A stretch of DNA of 64,000 bases from assembly GCF_009914755.1 (NCBI RefSeq), contig NC_060933.1; one strand, written 5' to 3'. The notes below the pieces were generated by a model that worked only from the letters and a program-made list of their open reading frames with translations, did not search any database and was not told where the DNA came from. Below, piece after piece: positions 13,750 through 28,500 of the stretch. A program made the position numbers and the translations under genes. How positions within the stretch are numbered: position 1 is the first letter of the stretch; each line of letters starts with the position of its first letter. This stretch comes from the human T2T-CHM13v2.0 reference genome, Homo sapiens.

Positions 13750-16270
13750 AATGGAATGGAATTAACCCGAATAGAATGGAATGGAATGGAATGGAACGGA
13801 ACGGAATGGAATGGAATGGAATGGAATGGAACGGAAAGGAATGGAATGGAATGGAATGGAATGGAATGGAATGGAATGGAATGGAATCAACGCGAGTGCA
13901 GGGGAATGGAATGGAATCGAATGGAATGGAAAGGAATGGAATGGAATCAACCCGAGTGCAGGGGAATGTAATGGAACGGAATGCAATGGAATGGAATCAT
14001 CCGGAATGGAATGGAATGGAATGGAATGGAATCAACCCGAGTGCAATGGAATGGAGTGGAATGGAATGGAATGGAATGGAACAACCCGAATAGAATGGAA
14101 TGTAATGGAGAGTAAGGGAGTTGAAAAGAATCAATCCGAATGTAATGGAATGGAATACAACGGAATGGAATGGAATGGAATGGAATGGAATGCAATGGAA
14201 TGGAATCAACCCGAGTACAATGGAATGGAATGGAATGGAATGGAATGGAATGGAATGGAATGCAATGGAATGGAATCTTCCGGAATGGAATGGAATGGAA
14301 TGGAATGGAATGGAATGGAATGCAATGGAGTCAACTCGATTGCAATGGAATGGAATAGAATGGAATGGAATGGAATGGAATGGAATTAAACCGAATAGAA
14401 TGGAATGGAATGGAATGGAACGGAACGGAACGGAACGGAACGGAACGGAGTGGAATGGAATGGAATGGAATTGTATGGAATGGAATGGAATGGTACGGAA
14501 TAGAATGGAATGGAAAGAATAGCAATGGAATGGAATGGAATGGAATGGAATGGAATGGAATGGTATGGAATGGAATGGAATGGTACGGAATAGAATGGAA
14601 TGGAACGAATTGTAATGGAATGGAATTGAATGGAATAGAATGGAATGGAATAGAATCAACGCGAGTGCAGGGGAATGTAATGGAACGGAATGCAATGGAA
14701 TGGAGTCATCCGGAATGGAATGGAATGGAATGGAATGGAATGGAATGGAATGGAATGGAATCAACCCGAGTGCAATGGAATGGAGTGGAATGGAATGGAA
14801 TGGAATGGAACAACCCCAATGGAATGCAATGTAATGGAGAGTAAGGGAGTTGAATAGAATCAATCCGAATGTAATGGAATGGAATGCAACGGAATGGAAT
14901 GGAATGGAATGGAATGGAATGGAATGCAATGGAATGGAATCAACACGAGTACAATGGAATGGAATGGAATGGAATGGAATGGAATGGAATGGAATGGAAT
15001 GGAATGATACGGAATAGAATGGAATGGAACGAAATGGAATGGAATTGAATGGAATGGAATGGAATGGAATGGAATGGAATAGTTCCGAGTGGAATAGGAG
15101 GGAATGTATTCGAGTGGAATGGAAAGGAATGGAATCAACCAGAGTGGAATGGAAGGGAATGGAATGGAATGGAATGGAATGGAATGGAATGGAATGCAAT
15201 GGAATGGAATCAACCCGAGTGCAATCGAATGGAATCAAATGGAATGGAATGCAATGGAATGGATTCAACTTGAATGGAAAGGAAAGAATGGAATCAACAC
15301 GAGTGGAATGGCATGGATTGGAATGGAATGGAATGGAATCAACCCGAGTACAGGGGAATGGAATGGAATGGAATGCAATGGAATGGAATCATCAGTAATG
15401 GAATGGAAAGGAATAGAAAGGACTGGAATGGAATGGAATGGAATGGAATGGAATGGAATGAACTCGATTGCAATCGAATGGAATGGAATGGAATTAACCC
15501 GAATAGAATGGAATGGAATGGAATGGAATGGAACGGAATGGAATGGAATGGAATGGAATGGAATGGAACGGAAAGGAATGGAATGGAATGGAATGGAACG
15601 GAATGGAATGGAATGGAATAAACGCGAGTGCAGGGGAATGGAATGGAATCGAATGGAATGGAAAGGAATGGAATGGAATCAACTCGAGTGCAGGGGAACG
15701 TAATGGAACGGAATGCAATGGAAGGGAATCATCCGGAATGGAATGGAATGGAATGGAATGGAATCAACCAGAGTGCAATGGAATGAAGTGCAATGGAAAG
15801 GAATGGAATGGAACAACCCGAATGGAATGGAATGTAATGGAGAGTAAGGGAGTTGAAAAGAATCAATCCGAATGTAATGGAATGGAATGGATCGCAATGG
15901 AATGGAATGGAATGGAATGGAATGGAATGGAATGGAATGGAATGCAATGGAATCAACCCGAGTACAATGGAATGGAATGGAATGGAATGGAATGGAATGG
16001 AATGGAATGCAATGGAATGGAATCTTCCGGAATTGAATGGAATGGAATGGAATGGAATGGAATGGAATGCAATGGATTCAACTCGATTGCAATGGAATGG
16101 AATAGAATGGAATGGAATGGAATTGAATGGAATGGAATTAAACCGAATAGAATGGAATGGAATGGAATGGAACGGAACAGAACGGAACGGAACGGAACAG
16201 AGTGGAATGGAATGGAATGGAATTGTATGGAATGGAATGGAATGGTACAGAATAGGATGGAATGGAAAGA
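13750..16270 (+). repeat. Diverged local duplication, offset 1732 bp (~13750-14520 / ~15480-16270)
   Basis: ORF pairs 13781/15513, 13947/15679 and 14121/15853 are all at offset 1732. Both copies share GTTGAAAAGAATC and a doubled GCAGGGG block. Confidence 0.7.
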
Positions 16271-19200
16271 ATTGGAATGGAATGGAATGGAATGGAATGG
16301 AATGGAATGGAATGGAATCAACCCGAGTGCAGGGGAATGTAATGGAACGGAATGCAATGGAATGGAATCATCCGGAATGGAATTGAATGGAATGGAATGG
16401 AATGGAATGGAATGGAATGGAATCAACCCGAGCGCAATGGAATGGAGTGGAATGGAATGGAATGGAATGGAACAACCCGAATGGAATGGAATGTAATGGA
16501 GAGTAAGGGAGTTGAATAGAATCAATCCGAATGTAATGGAATGGAACGGAATGGAATGGAATGGAATCAACTCGATTGTAATGGAATGGAATGGAATGGA
16601 ATGGAATGGAATGGAATGGAATTAACCCGAATACAATGGAATGGAATGGAATGGAACGGAATGGAGTGGAATGGAATGGAATCAACCCGAGTGCAGGGGA
16701 ATGGAATGGAATGGAATGCAATGGAATGGAATCATCCGGAATGGAATGGAATGGAATGGAATGCAAAGCAATGGAATCAACTCGATTGCAATGGAATGGA
16801 ATGGAATGGAAAGGAATAAATTGGAATCAACCCGAGTGGAATGGAATGGAAAGGACTGGAATGGAGTGGAATGGAATGGAATGGAATGGAATGGAATGGA
16901 ATCAACTCGATTGGAATGGAATGGAATGGAATGGAATGGAATGGAATGGAATGGAATGGAATCAACCCGAGTGCAATGGAATGGAGTGGAATGGCATGGA
17001 ATGGAATGGAACAACCCGAATGGAATGGAATGTAATGGAGAGTAAGGGAGTTGAATAGAATCAATCCGAATGTAATGGAATGGAATGGATTGGAATGGAA
17101 TTGAATGGAATGGAATGGAATGCAATGGAATGGAATCAACCCGAGTGCAATGGAATGGAGAGGAATGGAATGGATTGGAATGGAAACTATCCGAATGGAA
17201 TGGAATGTAATGGAGTGTAAGGGAGTTGAATAGAATCAATCCGAATGTAATGGAATGGAATGGAACGGAATGGAATGGAATGGAATGGAATGGAATGGAA
17301 TGGAATGGAATGCAATGGAATGGAATCAACCCGAGTGCAATCGAATGGAATCGAATGGAATGGAATGCAATGGAATGGATTCAACTTGAATGGAATGGAA
17401 AGAATGGGATCAACACGAGTGGAATGGCATGGATTGGAATGGAATGGAATGGAATCAACCCGAGTACAGGGGAATGGAATGGAATGGAATGCAATGGAAT
17501 GGAATCATCCGTAATGGAATGGAAAGGAATGGAATGGAATGGAATGGAATGGAATGGAATAGAATGGAATGGAATCAACTCGATTGCAATCGAATGGAAT
17601 GGAATGGAATTAACACGAATAGAATGGAATGGAATGGAATGGAACGGAACGGAATGGAATGGAATGGAATGGAATGGAATGGAATGGAATGGAACGGAAC
17701 GGAATGGAATGGAATGGAATGGAATGGAATGGAATCAACGCGAGTGCAGGGGAATGGAATGGAATGGAATGCAATGGAATGGAATCTTCCGGAATGGAAT
17801 GGAATGGAATGGAATGGAATGAAATGCAATGGATTCAACTCGATTGCAATGGAATGGAATAGAATGGAATGGAATGGAATGGAATGGAATTAATCCGAAT
17901 AGAATGGAATGGAATGGAATGGAACGGAATGGAACGGAATGGAACGGAATGGAATGGAATGGAATGGTATGGAATGGTACGGAATAGAATGGAATGGAAC
18001 GAATTGTAATGGAATGGAATTGAATGGAATGGAATGGAATGGAATCAACGCGAGTGCAGGGGAATGTAATGGAACGGAATGCAATGGAATGGAATCATTC
18101 GGAATGGAATGGAATGGAATGGAATGGAATGGAATCAACCCGAGTGCAATGGAATGGAGTGGAATGGAATGGAATGGAATGGAACAACCCGAATGGAATG
18201 TAATGTAAAGGAGAGTAAGGGAGTTGAATAGAATCAATCCGAATGTAATGGAATAGAATGCAACGGAATGGAATGGAATGGAATGGAATGGAATGGAATG
18301 GAATGCAACGGAATTGAATCAACCTGAGTACAATGGAATGGAATGGAATGGAATGGAATGGAATGGAATGGAATGGAATGGAATGGAATGATACGGAAAA
18401 CAATGGAAAGGAACGAAATGGAATGGAATGGAATGGAATGGAATGGAATGGAATGGAATGGAAAGGAATGGAATGGAATGGAATGGAATGGAATCGTTCC
18501 GAGTGGAATAGGAGGGAATGTATTCGAGTGGAATGGAAAGGAATGGTATCAACCAGAGTGGAATGGAAGGGAATGGAATGGAATGGAAACTAATAGAATG
18601 GAATCAACCCGAGTGGAATGGAATGGAAAGGACTGGAATGGAATGGAATGGAATGGAATCAACTCGATTGTAATGGAATGGAATGGAATGGAATGGAATT
18701 AACCCAAATACAATGGAATGGAATGGAATGGAACGGAATGGAGTGGAATGGAATGGAATCAACCCGAGTGCAGGGGAATGGAATGGAATGGAATGCAATG
18801 GAATGGAATCATCCGGAATGGAATGGAATGGAATGGAATGCAAAGCAATGGAATCAACTCGATTGCAATGGAATGGAATGGAATGGAATGGAATACATTG
18901 GAATCAACCCGAGTGGAATGGAATGGAAAGGACTGGAATGTAGTGGAATGGAATGGAATGGAATGGAATGGAATCAACTCGAATGGAATTGAATAGAATG
19001 GAATGGAATGGAATTAACCCGAATAGAATGGAATGGAATGGAATGGAACGGAATGGAATGGAATGGAATGGAATGGAATGGAATGGAATGGAATGGAATG
19101 GAATGGAATCAACCCGACTGCAGGGCAATGGAATGGAATGGAATGCAATGGAATGGATTCAACTTGAATGGAATGGAAAGAATGGAATCAACACGAGTGG

Positions 19201-20995
19201 AATGGCATGGATTGGAATGGAATGCAATGGAATCAACCCGAGTACAGGGGAATGGAATTGAATGGAATGCAATGGAATGGAATCATCCGTAATGGAATGG
19301 AATGGAAAGGAATGGAATGGAATGGAATGGAATGGAATAGAATGGAATGGAATCAACTCGATTGCAATCGAATGGAATGGAATGGAATTAACCCGAATAG
19401 AATGGAATGGAATGGAATGGAACGGAACGGAACGGAATGGAATGGATTGGAATGGAATGGAATGGAATGGAACGGAAAGGAATGGAATGGAATGGAATGG
19501 AATAAACCCGAGTGCAATGGAATGGAGTGGAATGGAATGGAATGGAATGGAACAACCCGAATGGAATGGAATGTAATGGAGAGTAAGGGAGTTGAATAGA
19601 ATCAATCCGAATGTAATGGAATGGAATGGAACGGAATGGAATTGAATGGAATGGAATGGAATGCAATGGAATGGAATCAACCCGAGTGCAATGGAATGGA
19701 GAGGAATGGAATGGAATGGAATGGAAACTACCCGAATGGAATGGAATGGAATCTACCCGAATGGAATGGAATGTAATGGAGTGTAAGGGAATTGAATAGA
19801 ATCAATCCGAACGTAATGGAATGGAAAGGAACGGAATGGAATGGAATGGAATCGAATGGAATGGAATGGAATGCAATGGAATGGAATCAACCCGAGTGCA
19901 ATCGAATGGAATCGAATGGAATGGAATGCAATGGAAGGGATTCAACTTGAATGGAATGGAAAGAATGGAATCAACACGAGTGGAATGGCATGGATTGCAA
20001 TGGAATGGAATGGAATCAACCCGAGTACAGGGGAATGGAATGGAATGGAATGCAATGGAATGGAATCATCCGCAATGCAATGGAATGGAAAGGAATGGAG
20101 TGGAATGGAATGGAATGGAATGGAATGGAATGGAATCAACTCGATTGCAATCGAATGGAATGGAATGGAATTAACCCGAATAGAATGGAATGGAATGGAA
20201 TGGAACGGAACGGAACGGAATGGAATGGATTGGAATGGAATGGAATGGAATGGAATGGAACGGAAAGGAATGGAACGGAATGGAATGGAATGGAATGTAA
20301 TGGAATGGAATGGAATCAACGCGAGTGCAGGGGAATGGAATGGAATGGAATGCAATGGAATGGAATCTTCCGGAATGGAATGGAATGGAATGGAATGGAA
20401 TGGAATGGAATGCAATGGAATCAACCCGAGTGCAGTGGAATGGAGTGGAATGGAATGGAATGGAATGGAACAACCCGAATGGAATGGAATGTAATGGAGA
20501 GTAAGGGAGTTGAATATAATCAATCCGAATGTAATGGAATGGAATGGAACGGAATGGAATGGAATGGAATGGAATGGAATGCAATGGAATGGAATCAACC
20601 CGAGTACAATGGAATGGAATGGAATGGAATGGAATGGAATGGAATGGAATGGAATGATACGGAATAGAATGGAATGGAACGAAATGGAATGGAATGGAAT
20701 GGAATGGAATGGAATGGAATGGAATGGAATGGAATCGTTCCGAGTGGAATAGGAGGGAATGTATTCGAGTGGAATGGAAAGGAATGGAATCAACCAGAGT
20801 GGAATGGAAGGGATTGGAATGGAATGGAAACTAATAGAATGGAATCAACCCGAGAGGAATGGAATGGAAAGGACTGGAATGGAATGGAATGGAATGGAAT
20901 CAACTCGATTGTAATGGAATGGAATGGAATGGAATGGAATACATTGGAATCAACCCGAGTGGAATGGAATGGAAAGGACTGGAATGGAGTGGAAT

Positions 20996-22575
20996 GGAAT
21001 GGAATGGAATGGAATGGAATCAACTCGATTGGAATGGAATGGAATGGAATGGAATGGAATTAACCCGAATAGAATGGAATGGAATGGAATGGAACGGAAC
21101 GGAACGGAATGGAATGGAATGGAATGCAATGGAATGGAATCAACCCGAGTGCAATCGAATGGAATCCAATGGAATGGAATGCAATGGAATGGATTCAACT
21201 TGAATGGAATGGAAAGAATGGAATCAACACGAGTGGAATGGCATGGATTGGAATGGAATGGAATGGAATCAACCCGACTACAGGGGAATGGAATGGAATG
21301 GAATGCAATGGAATGGAATCATCCGTAATGGAATGGAAAGGAATGGAATGGAATGGAATCAACTCGATAGCAATCGAATGGAATGGAATGGAATTAACCC
21401 GAATAGAATGGAATGGAATGGAATGGAACGGAACGGAATGGAATGGAATGGAATGGAATGGAATGGAACGGAACGGAATGGAATGGAATGGAGTGGAATG
21501 GAATGGAATCAACGCGAGTGCAGGGGAATGGAATGGAATGGAATGCAATGGAATGGAATCATCCGGAATGGAATGGAATGGAATGGAATGCAAAGCAATG
21601 GAATCAACTCGATTGCAATGGAATGGAATGGAATGGAAAGGAATAGAATGGAATCAACCCGAGTGTAATGGAATGGAAAGGACTGGAATGTAGTGGAATG
21701 GAATGGAATGGAATGGAATGGAATGGAATCAACTCGATTGGAATGGAATGGAATGGAATGGAATGGAATTAACCCGAATAGAATGGAATGGAATGGAATG
21801 GAATGGAATCAACTCGATTGGAATGGAATGGAATGGAATGGAATGGAATTAACCCGAATAGAATGGAATGGAATGGAATGGAACGGAACGGAACGGAATG
21901 GAATGGAATGGAATGCAATGGAATGGAATCAACCCGAGTGCAATCGAATGGAATCCAATGGAATGGAATGCAATGGAATGGATTCAACTTGAATGGAATG
22001 GAAAGAATGGAATCAACACGAGTGGAATGGCATGGATTGGAATGGAATGGAATGGAATCAACCCGACTACAGGGGAATGGAATGGAATGGAATGCAATGG
22101 AATGGAATCATCCGTAATGGAATGGAAAGGAATGGAATGGAATGGAATCAACTCGATAGCAATCGAATGGAATGGAATGGAATTAACCCGAATAGAATGG
22201 AATGGAATGGAATGGAACGGAACGGAATGGAATGGAATGGAATGGAATGGAATGGAACGGAACGGAATGGAATGGAATGGAGTGGAATGGAATGGAATCA
22301 ACGCGAGTGCAGGGGAATGGAATGGAATGGAATGCAATGGAATGGAATCATCCGGAATGGAATGGAATGGAATGGAATGCAAAGCAATGGAATCAACTCG
22401 ATTGCAATGGAATGGAATGGAATGGAAAGGAATAGAATGGAATCAACCCGAGTGTAATGGAATGGAAAGGACTGGAATGTAGTGGAATGGAATGGAATGG
22501 AATGGAATGGAATGGAATCAACTCGATTGGAATGGAATGGAATGGAATGGAATGGAATTAACCCGAATAGAATGG
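20996..22575 (+). repeat. Apparently perfect tandem duplication, 789-bp unit
   Basis: ORF pairs 21079/21868, 21195/21984, 21204/21993 and 21413/22202 are identical at offset 789. Private variants GGAATCCAAT, CCCGACTACAGG and CTCGATAGCAA are in both copies. Confidence 0.95.
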
Positions 22576-25500
22576 AATGGAATGGAATGGAACGGAACGG
22601 AATGGAATGGAATGGAATGGAATGGAATGGAATGGAACGGAACGGAATGGAATGGAATGGAACGGAATCAACGCGAGTGCAGGCGAATGGAATGGAGTGG
22701 AATGCAATGGAATGGAATCTTCCGGAATGGAATGGAATGGAATGGAATGGAATGGAATGAAAGGCAGTGGATTCAACTCGATTGCAATGGAATGGAATAG
22801 AATGGAATGGATTGGAATGGAATGGAATGGAATGGAATTGAATGGAATGGAATGCCTTCAAACCGAATGGAATGGAAAGGAATGGAATCAACACGAGTGG
22901 AAAGGAATGGAATGGAAAGGAATGGAATGGAATGGAATGGTACGGAATAGAACGGAATGGAACGAACTGGAATGGAATGGAATGGAATGGAATGGAATGG
23001 AATGGAATGGAATGGAATCGTTCCGAGTGGAATAGGAGGGAATGTTTTCGAGTGGAATGGAAAGGAATGGAATCAACCAGAGTGGAATGGAAGGGAATGG
23101 AATGGAATGGAAACTAATAGAATGGAATCAACCCGAGTGGAATGGAATGGAAAGGACTGGAATGGAATGGAATGGAATGGAATGGAATGGAATGGAATCA
23201 ACTCGATTGTAATGGAATGGAATGGAATGGAATGGATTGGAATGGAATGGAATTAACCTGAATACAATGGAATGGAATAGAATGGAACGGAATGGAGTGG
23301 AATGGAATGGAATCAACCCGAGTGCAGGGGAATGGAATGGAATGGAATACAATGGAATGGAATCATCCGGAATGGAATGGAATGGAATGGAATGCAAAGA
23401 AATGGAATCAACTCGATTGCAATGGAATGGAATGGAATGGAAAGGAATAGAATGGAATCAAACCGAGTGTAATGGAATGGAAAGGACTGGAATGGAGTGG
23501 AATGGAATGGAATGGAATGGAATGGAATGGAATTAACCCGAATAGAATGGAACGGAATGGAATGGAACGGAATGGAATGGAACGGAATGGAAGGGAATGG
23601 AATCAACCCGACTGCAGGGAATGGAAGGGAATGGAATGGAATGGAATGGAATCATCCGGAACGGAATGGAATGGAATGGAATGGAATCAACTCGATTGCA
23701 ATGGAATGGAATGGAATGGAATGGAATCGAATGGAATAGAATGGAATTACCCGGAATAGAATGGAATGGAATGGAATGGAACGGAATGGAATGGAATGGA
23801 ATGGAATGGAATGGTATGGAATGGAATGGAATCAACCCGAGTGCAGGGGAATGGAATGGAATGGAATGCAATGGAATGGAATCATCCGGAATGGAATGGA
23901 ATGGAATGGAATGCAATCAACCTGATTCAATGGAATGGAGTGGAATGGAATGGAATGGAATGGAAACATCCCGAATGGAATGGAATGTAATGGAGTGTAA
24001 GGGAATTGAATAGAATCAATCCGAATGTAATGGATTGAAATGGAATGAAATGGAATGGAATGGAATGGAATGGAATCAACCCGAGTGCAATGGAATGGAT
24101 TCGAATGGAATGGAATGGAATGGAATGGATTCAACAAGAATGGAATGGAAAGGACTGGAATCAACCCGAGTGTAATGGCATGGAATGGAACGGAATGGAA
24201 TGGGATGGAATGGAATGGTACGGAAAAGAATGGAATGGAATGGAATGGAATGGAATGGAATGGAATGGAATGGAATGAACCCGTGTGCAATGGAATGGAA
24301 TGGAATGGAATGGAATGGATCCACCTCGAATGGAATCAACTCGATTGCAAAGGAATGGAATGGAATTGAAAGGAATAGAATGGAATCAACCCGAGTGGAA
24401 TGGAATGGAAAGGACTGGAATGGAGTGGAATGGAATGGAATGGAATTAACCGGAATAGAATGAAATGGAACGGAATGGAATGGAATGGAATGGAATGGAA
24501 TCAACTCGATTTCAATGGAATGGAATGGAATAGAATGGAATGGAATTAACACGAAAGAATGGAATGGAATGGAATGGAATGTCAAAGAAAGGAATGGAAT
24601 GGAATGGAATGGAATCAACCCAAGTGCAGGGGAATGGAATGGAATGGAATTCAATGGAATGGAATCATCCGGAATGGAATGGAATGGAATGGAATGGAAT
24701 GGAATGGAATGGAATCAACCCGAGTGCAATGGAATGGAGAGGAATGGAATGGAATGGAATGGAAACTACCCGAATGGAATGGAATGTAATGGAGTGTAAG
24801 GGAATTGAATAGAATCAACCCGAATGTAATGTAATGGAATGGAACGGAATGGAATGGAATGGAATGGAATGCAATGGAATGGAATCAACCCGAGTGCAAT
24901 CGAATGGAATCGAATTGAATGGAATGCAATGGAATGGATTCAACTTGAATGGAATGGAAAGAATGGAATCAACACGAGTGGAAGGGCATGGATTGCAATG
25001 CAATGGAATGGAATCAACCCGAGTACAGGGGAATGGAATGGAATGGAATGCAATGGAATGGAATCATCCGTAATGGAATGGAAAGGAATGGAATGGAATG
25101 GAATGGAATAGAATGGAATGCAATGGAATGGAATCAACACGATTGCAATCGAAAGGAATGGAATGGAATTAACCCGAATAGAATGGAATGGAATGGAATG
25201 GAGCGGAACGGAATGGAATGGAATGGAATGGAATGGAACGGAAGAAAATGGAATGGAATGGAATGGAATGGAATGGAATGGAATCAACGCGAGTGCAGGG
25301 GAATGGAATGGAATGGAATGGAATAGAATGGAATGGAATGGAATGGAATGGAATGGAATCAACCCGAGTACAGGGGAATGGAATGGAATGTAATGCAATG
25401 GAATGGAATCATCCGTAATGGAATGGAAAGGAATGGAATGGAATGGAATGGAATGGAATGGAATGGAATCAACTCGATTGCAATCGAATGGAATGGAATG

Positions 25501-28500
25501 GAATTAACCCGAATAGAATGGAATGGAATGGAACGGAACGGAATGGAACGGAATGGAATGGAATGGAACGGAACGGAACGGAATGGAATGGAATGGAATG
25601 GAATGGAATGGAATCAACGCGAGTGCAGGGGAATGGAATGGAATGGAATGCAATGGAATGGAATCTTCCGGAATGGAATGGAATGGAATGCAATGGATTC
25701 AACTCGATTGCAATGGAATGGAATAGAATGGAATGGAATGGAATGGAATGGAATTAACCCGAATAAAATGGAATGGAATGGAATGGAACGGAACGGAACG
25801 GAACGGAACGGAACGGAATGGAATGGAATGGAATGGAATGGAATGGAATGGTATGGAATGGAATGGAATGGTACGGAATAGAATGGAATTGAAAGAATTG
25901 GAATGGAATGGAATCGAATGGAATGGAATGGAATGGAATGGAATGGAATGGAATGGAATCAACCCGAGTGCAGGGGAATGTAATGGAACGGAATGTAATG
26001 GAATGGAATCATCCGGAATGGAATGGAATGGAATGGAATGGAATGGAATGGAATGGAACCAACTCGATTGTGATGGAATGGAATGGAATGGAATGGAATG
26101 GAATGGAATGGAATGGAATGGAATTAACCCGAATACAATGGAATGGAATGGAATGGAACGGAATGGAGTGGAATGGAATGGAATCAACCCGAGTGCAGTG
26201 GAATGGAATGGAATGGAATGCAATGGAATGGAATCATTCGGAATGGAATGGAATGCAAAGCAATGGAATCAACTCGATGGCAATGGAATGGAATGGAATG
26301 GAAAGGAATACATTGGAATCAACCCTATTGGAATGGAATGGAAAGGACTGGAATGGAGTGGAATGGAATGGAATGGAATGGAATGGAATGGAATCAACTT
26401 GATTGGAATGGAATGGAATGGAATGGAATGGAATGGAATTAACCCGAATAGAATGGAATGGAATGGAATGGAATGGAACGGAATGGAACGGAACGGAATG
26501 GAATGGAATGGAATGGAATGGAATGGAATGGAATGGAATCAACGCGAGTGCAGGGGAATGGAATGTAATGGAATGCAATGGAATGAAATCTTCCGGAATG
26601 GAATGGAATGGAATGGAATGTAATAAACCCGAGTGCAATGGAATGGAGTGGAATGCAATGGAATGGAATGGAACAACCCGAATGGAATGGAATGTAATGG
26701 AGAGTAAGGGAGTTGAATAGAATCAATCCGAATGTAATGGAATGGAATGGAACGGAATGGAATTGAATGGAATGGAATGGAATGCAATGGAATGGAATCA
26801 ACCCGAGTGCAATGGAATGGAGAGGAATGGAATGGAATGGTAAGGAATAGAATGGAATGGAACCAAATGGAATGGAATGGAATGGAATGGAATGGAATCA
26901 ACCTGAGTGCAATGGAATGGAGTGGAATGGAATGTAATGGAATGGAAAAAATCCGAATGGAATAGAATGTAATGAAGTGTAAGGGAATTGAGTACAATCA
27001 ATCCGAATGTAATGGAATGGAATGGAACGGAATGGAATGGAATGGAATGCAGTGGAACGGAATCATACCTAGTGCAATGGAATGGAAAGGAATGCAATGG
27101 AATGGAATCAACTCGATTGCAATCGAATGGAATGGAATGGAATTAACCCGAATAGAATGGAATGGAATGGAATGGAACGGAACGGAACGGAATGGAATGG
27201 AATGGAATGGAATGGAATGGAACGGAACGGAACGGAACGGAATGGAATGGAATGGAATGGAATGGAATGGAATCAACGCGAGTGCAGGGGAATGGAATGG
27301 AATGGAATGGAATGGAATGGAATAGAATGGAATCCACCTGAGTGCAGGGGAATGGAATGGAATGGAATGCAATGGAATGGAATCATACGGAATCGAATGG
27401 AATGGAATGGAATGGAATGGAATGCAATGGAATTAAATCAACCGGAGTACAATGGAATGGAATGGAATGGAATGGAATGGAATGGAATGGAATGGAATGG
27501 AATCGAATGGAATGGAATGGAATGATACGGAATAGAATGGAATGGAACGAAATGGAATGGAATGGAATGGAATGGAATGGAATGGAATCGTTCCGAGTGG
27601 AATAGGAGGGAATGTATTCGAGTGGAATGGAAAGGAATGGTATCAACCAGAGTGGAATGGAAGGGAATGGAATGGAATGGAAACTAATAGAATGTAATCA
27701 ACCCGAGTGGAATGGAATGGAAAGGACTGGAATGGAATGGAATGGAATGGAATCAACTCGATTGTAATGGAATGGAATGGAATGGAATGGAATGGAATGG
27801 AATGGAATTAACCCGAATACAATGGAATGGAATGGAATGGAACGGAATGGAGTGGAATGGAATGGAATCAACCCGAGTGCAGGGGAATGGAATGGAATGG
27901 AATGCAATGGAATGGAATCATCCGGAATGGAATGGAATGGAATGGAATGCAAAGCAATGGAATCAACTCGATTGCAATGGAATGGAATGGAATGGAAAGG
28001 AATAAATTGGAATCAACCCGAGTGGAATGGAATGGAAAGGACTGGAATGGAGTGGAATGGAATGGAATGGAATGGAATGGAATGGAATCAACTCGATTGG
28101 AATGGAATGGAATGGAATGGAATGGAATGGAATGGAATTAATTCGAATAGACTGGAATGGAATGGAATGGAACGGAATGGAACGGAATGGAATGGAATGG
28201 AATGGAATGGTATGGAATGGAATGGAATGGTACGGAATAGAATGGAATGGAACGAATTGTAATGGAATGGAATTGAATGGAATGGAATGGAATCAACGCG
28301 AGTGCAGGGGAATGTAATGGAACGGAATGCAATGGAATGGAATCATCCGGAATGGAATGGAATGGAATGGAATGGAATGGAATGGAATGGAATCAACCCG
28401 AGTGCAATGGAATGGAGTGGAATGGAATGGAATGGAATGGAACAACCCGAATGGAATGGAATGTAATGGAGAGTAAGGCAGTTGAATAGAATCAATCCGA

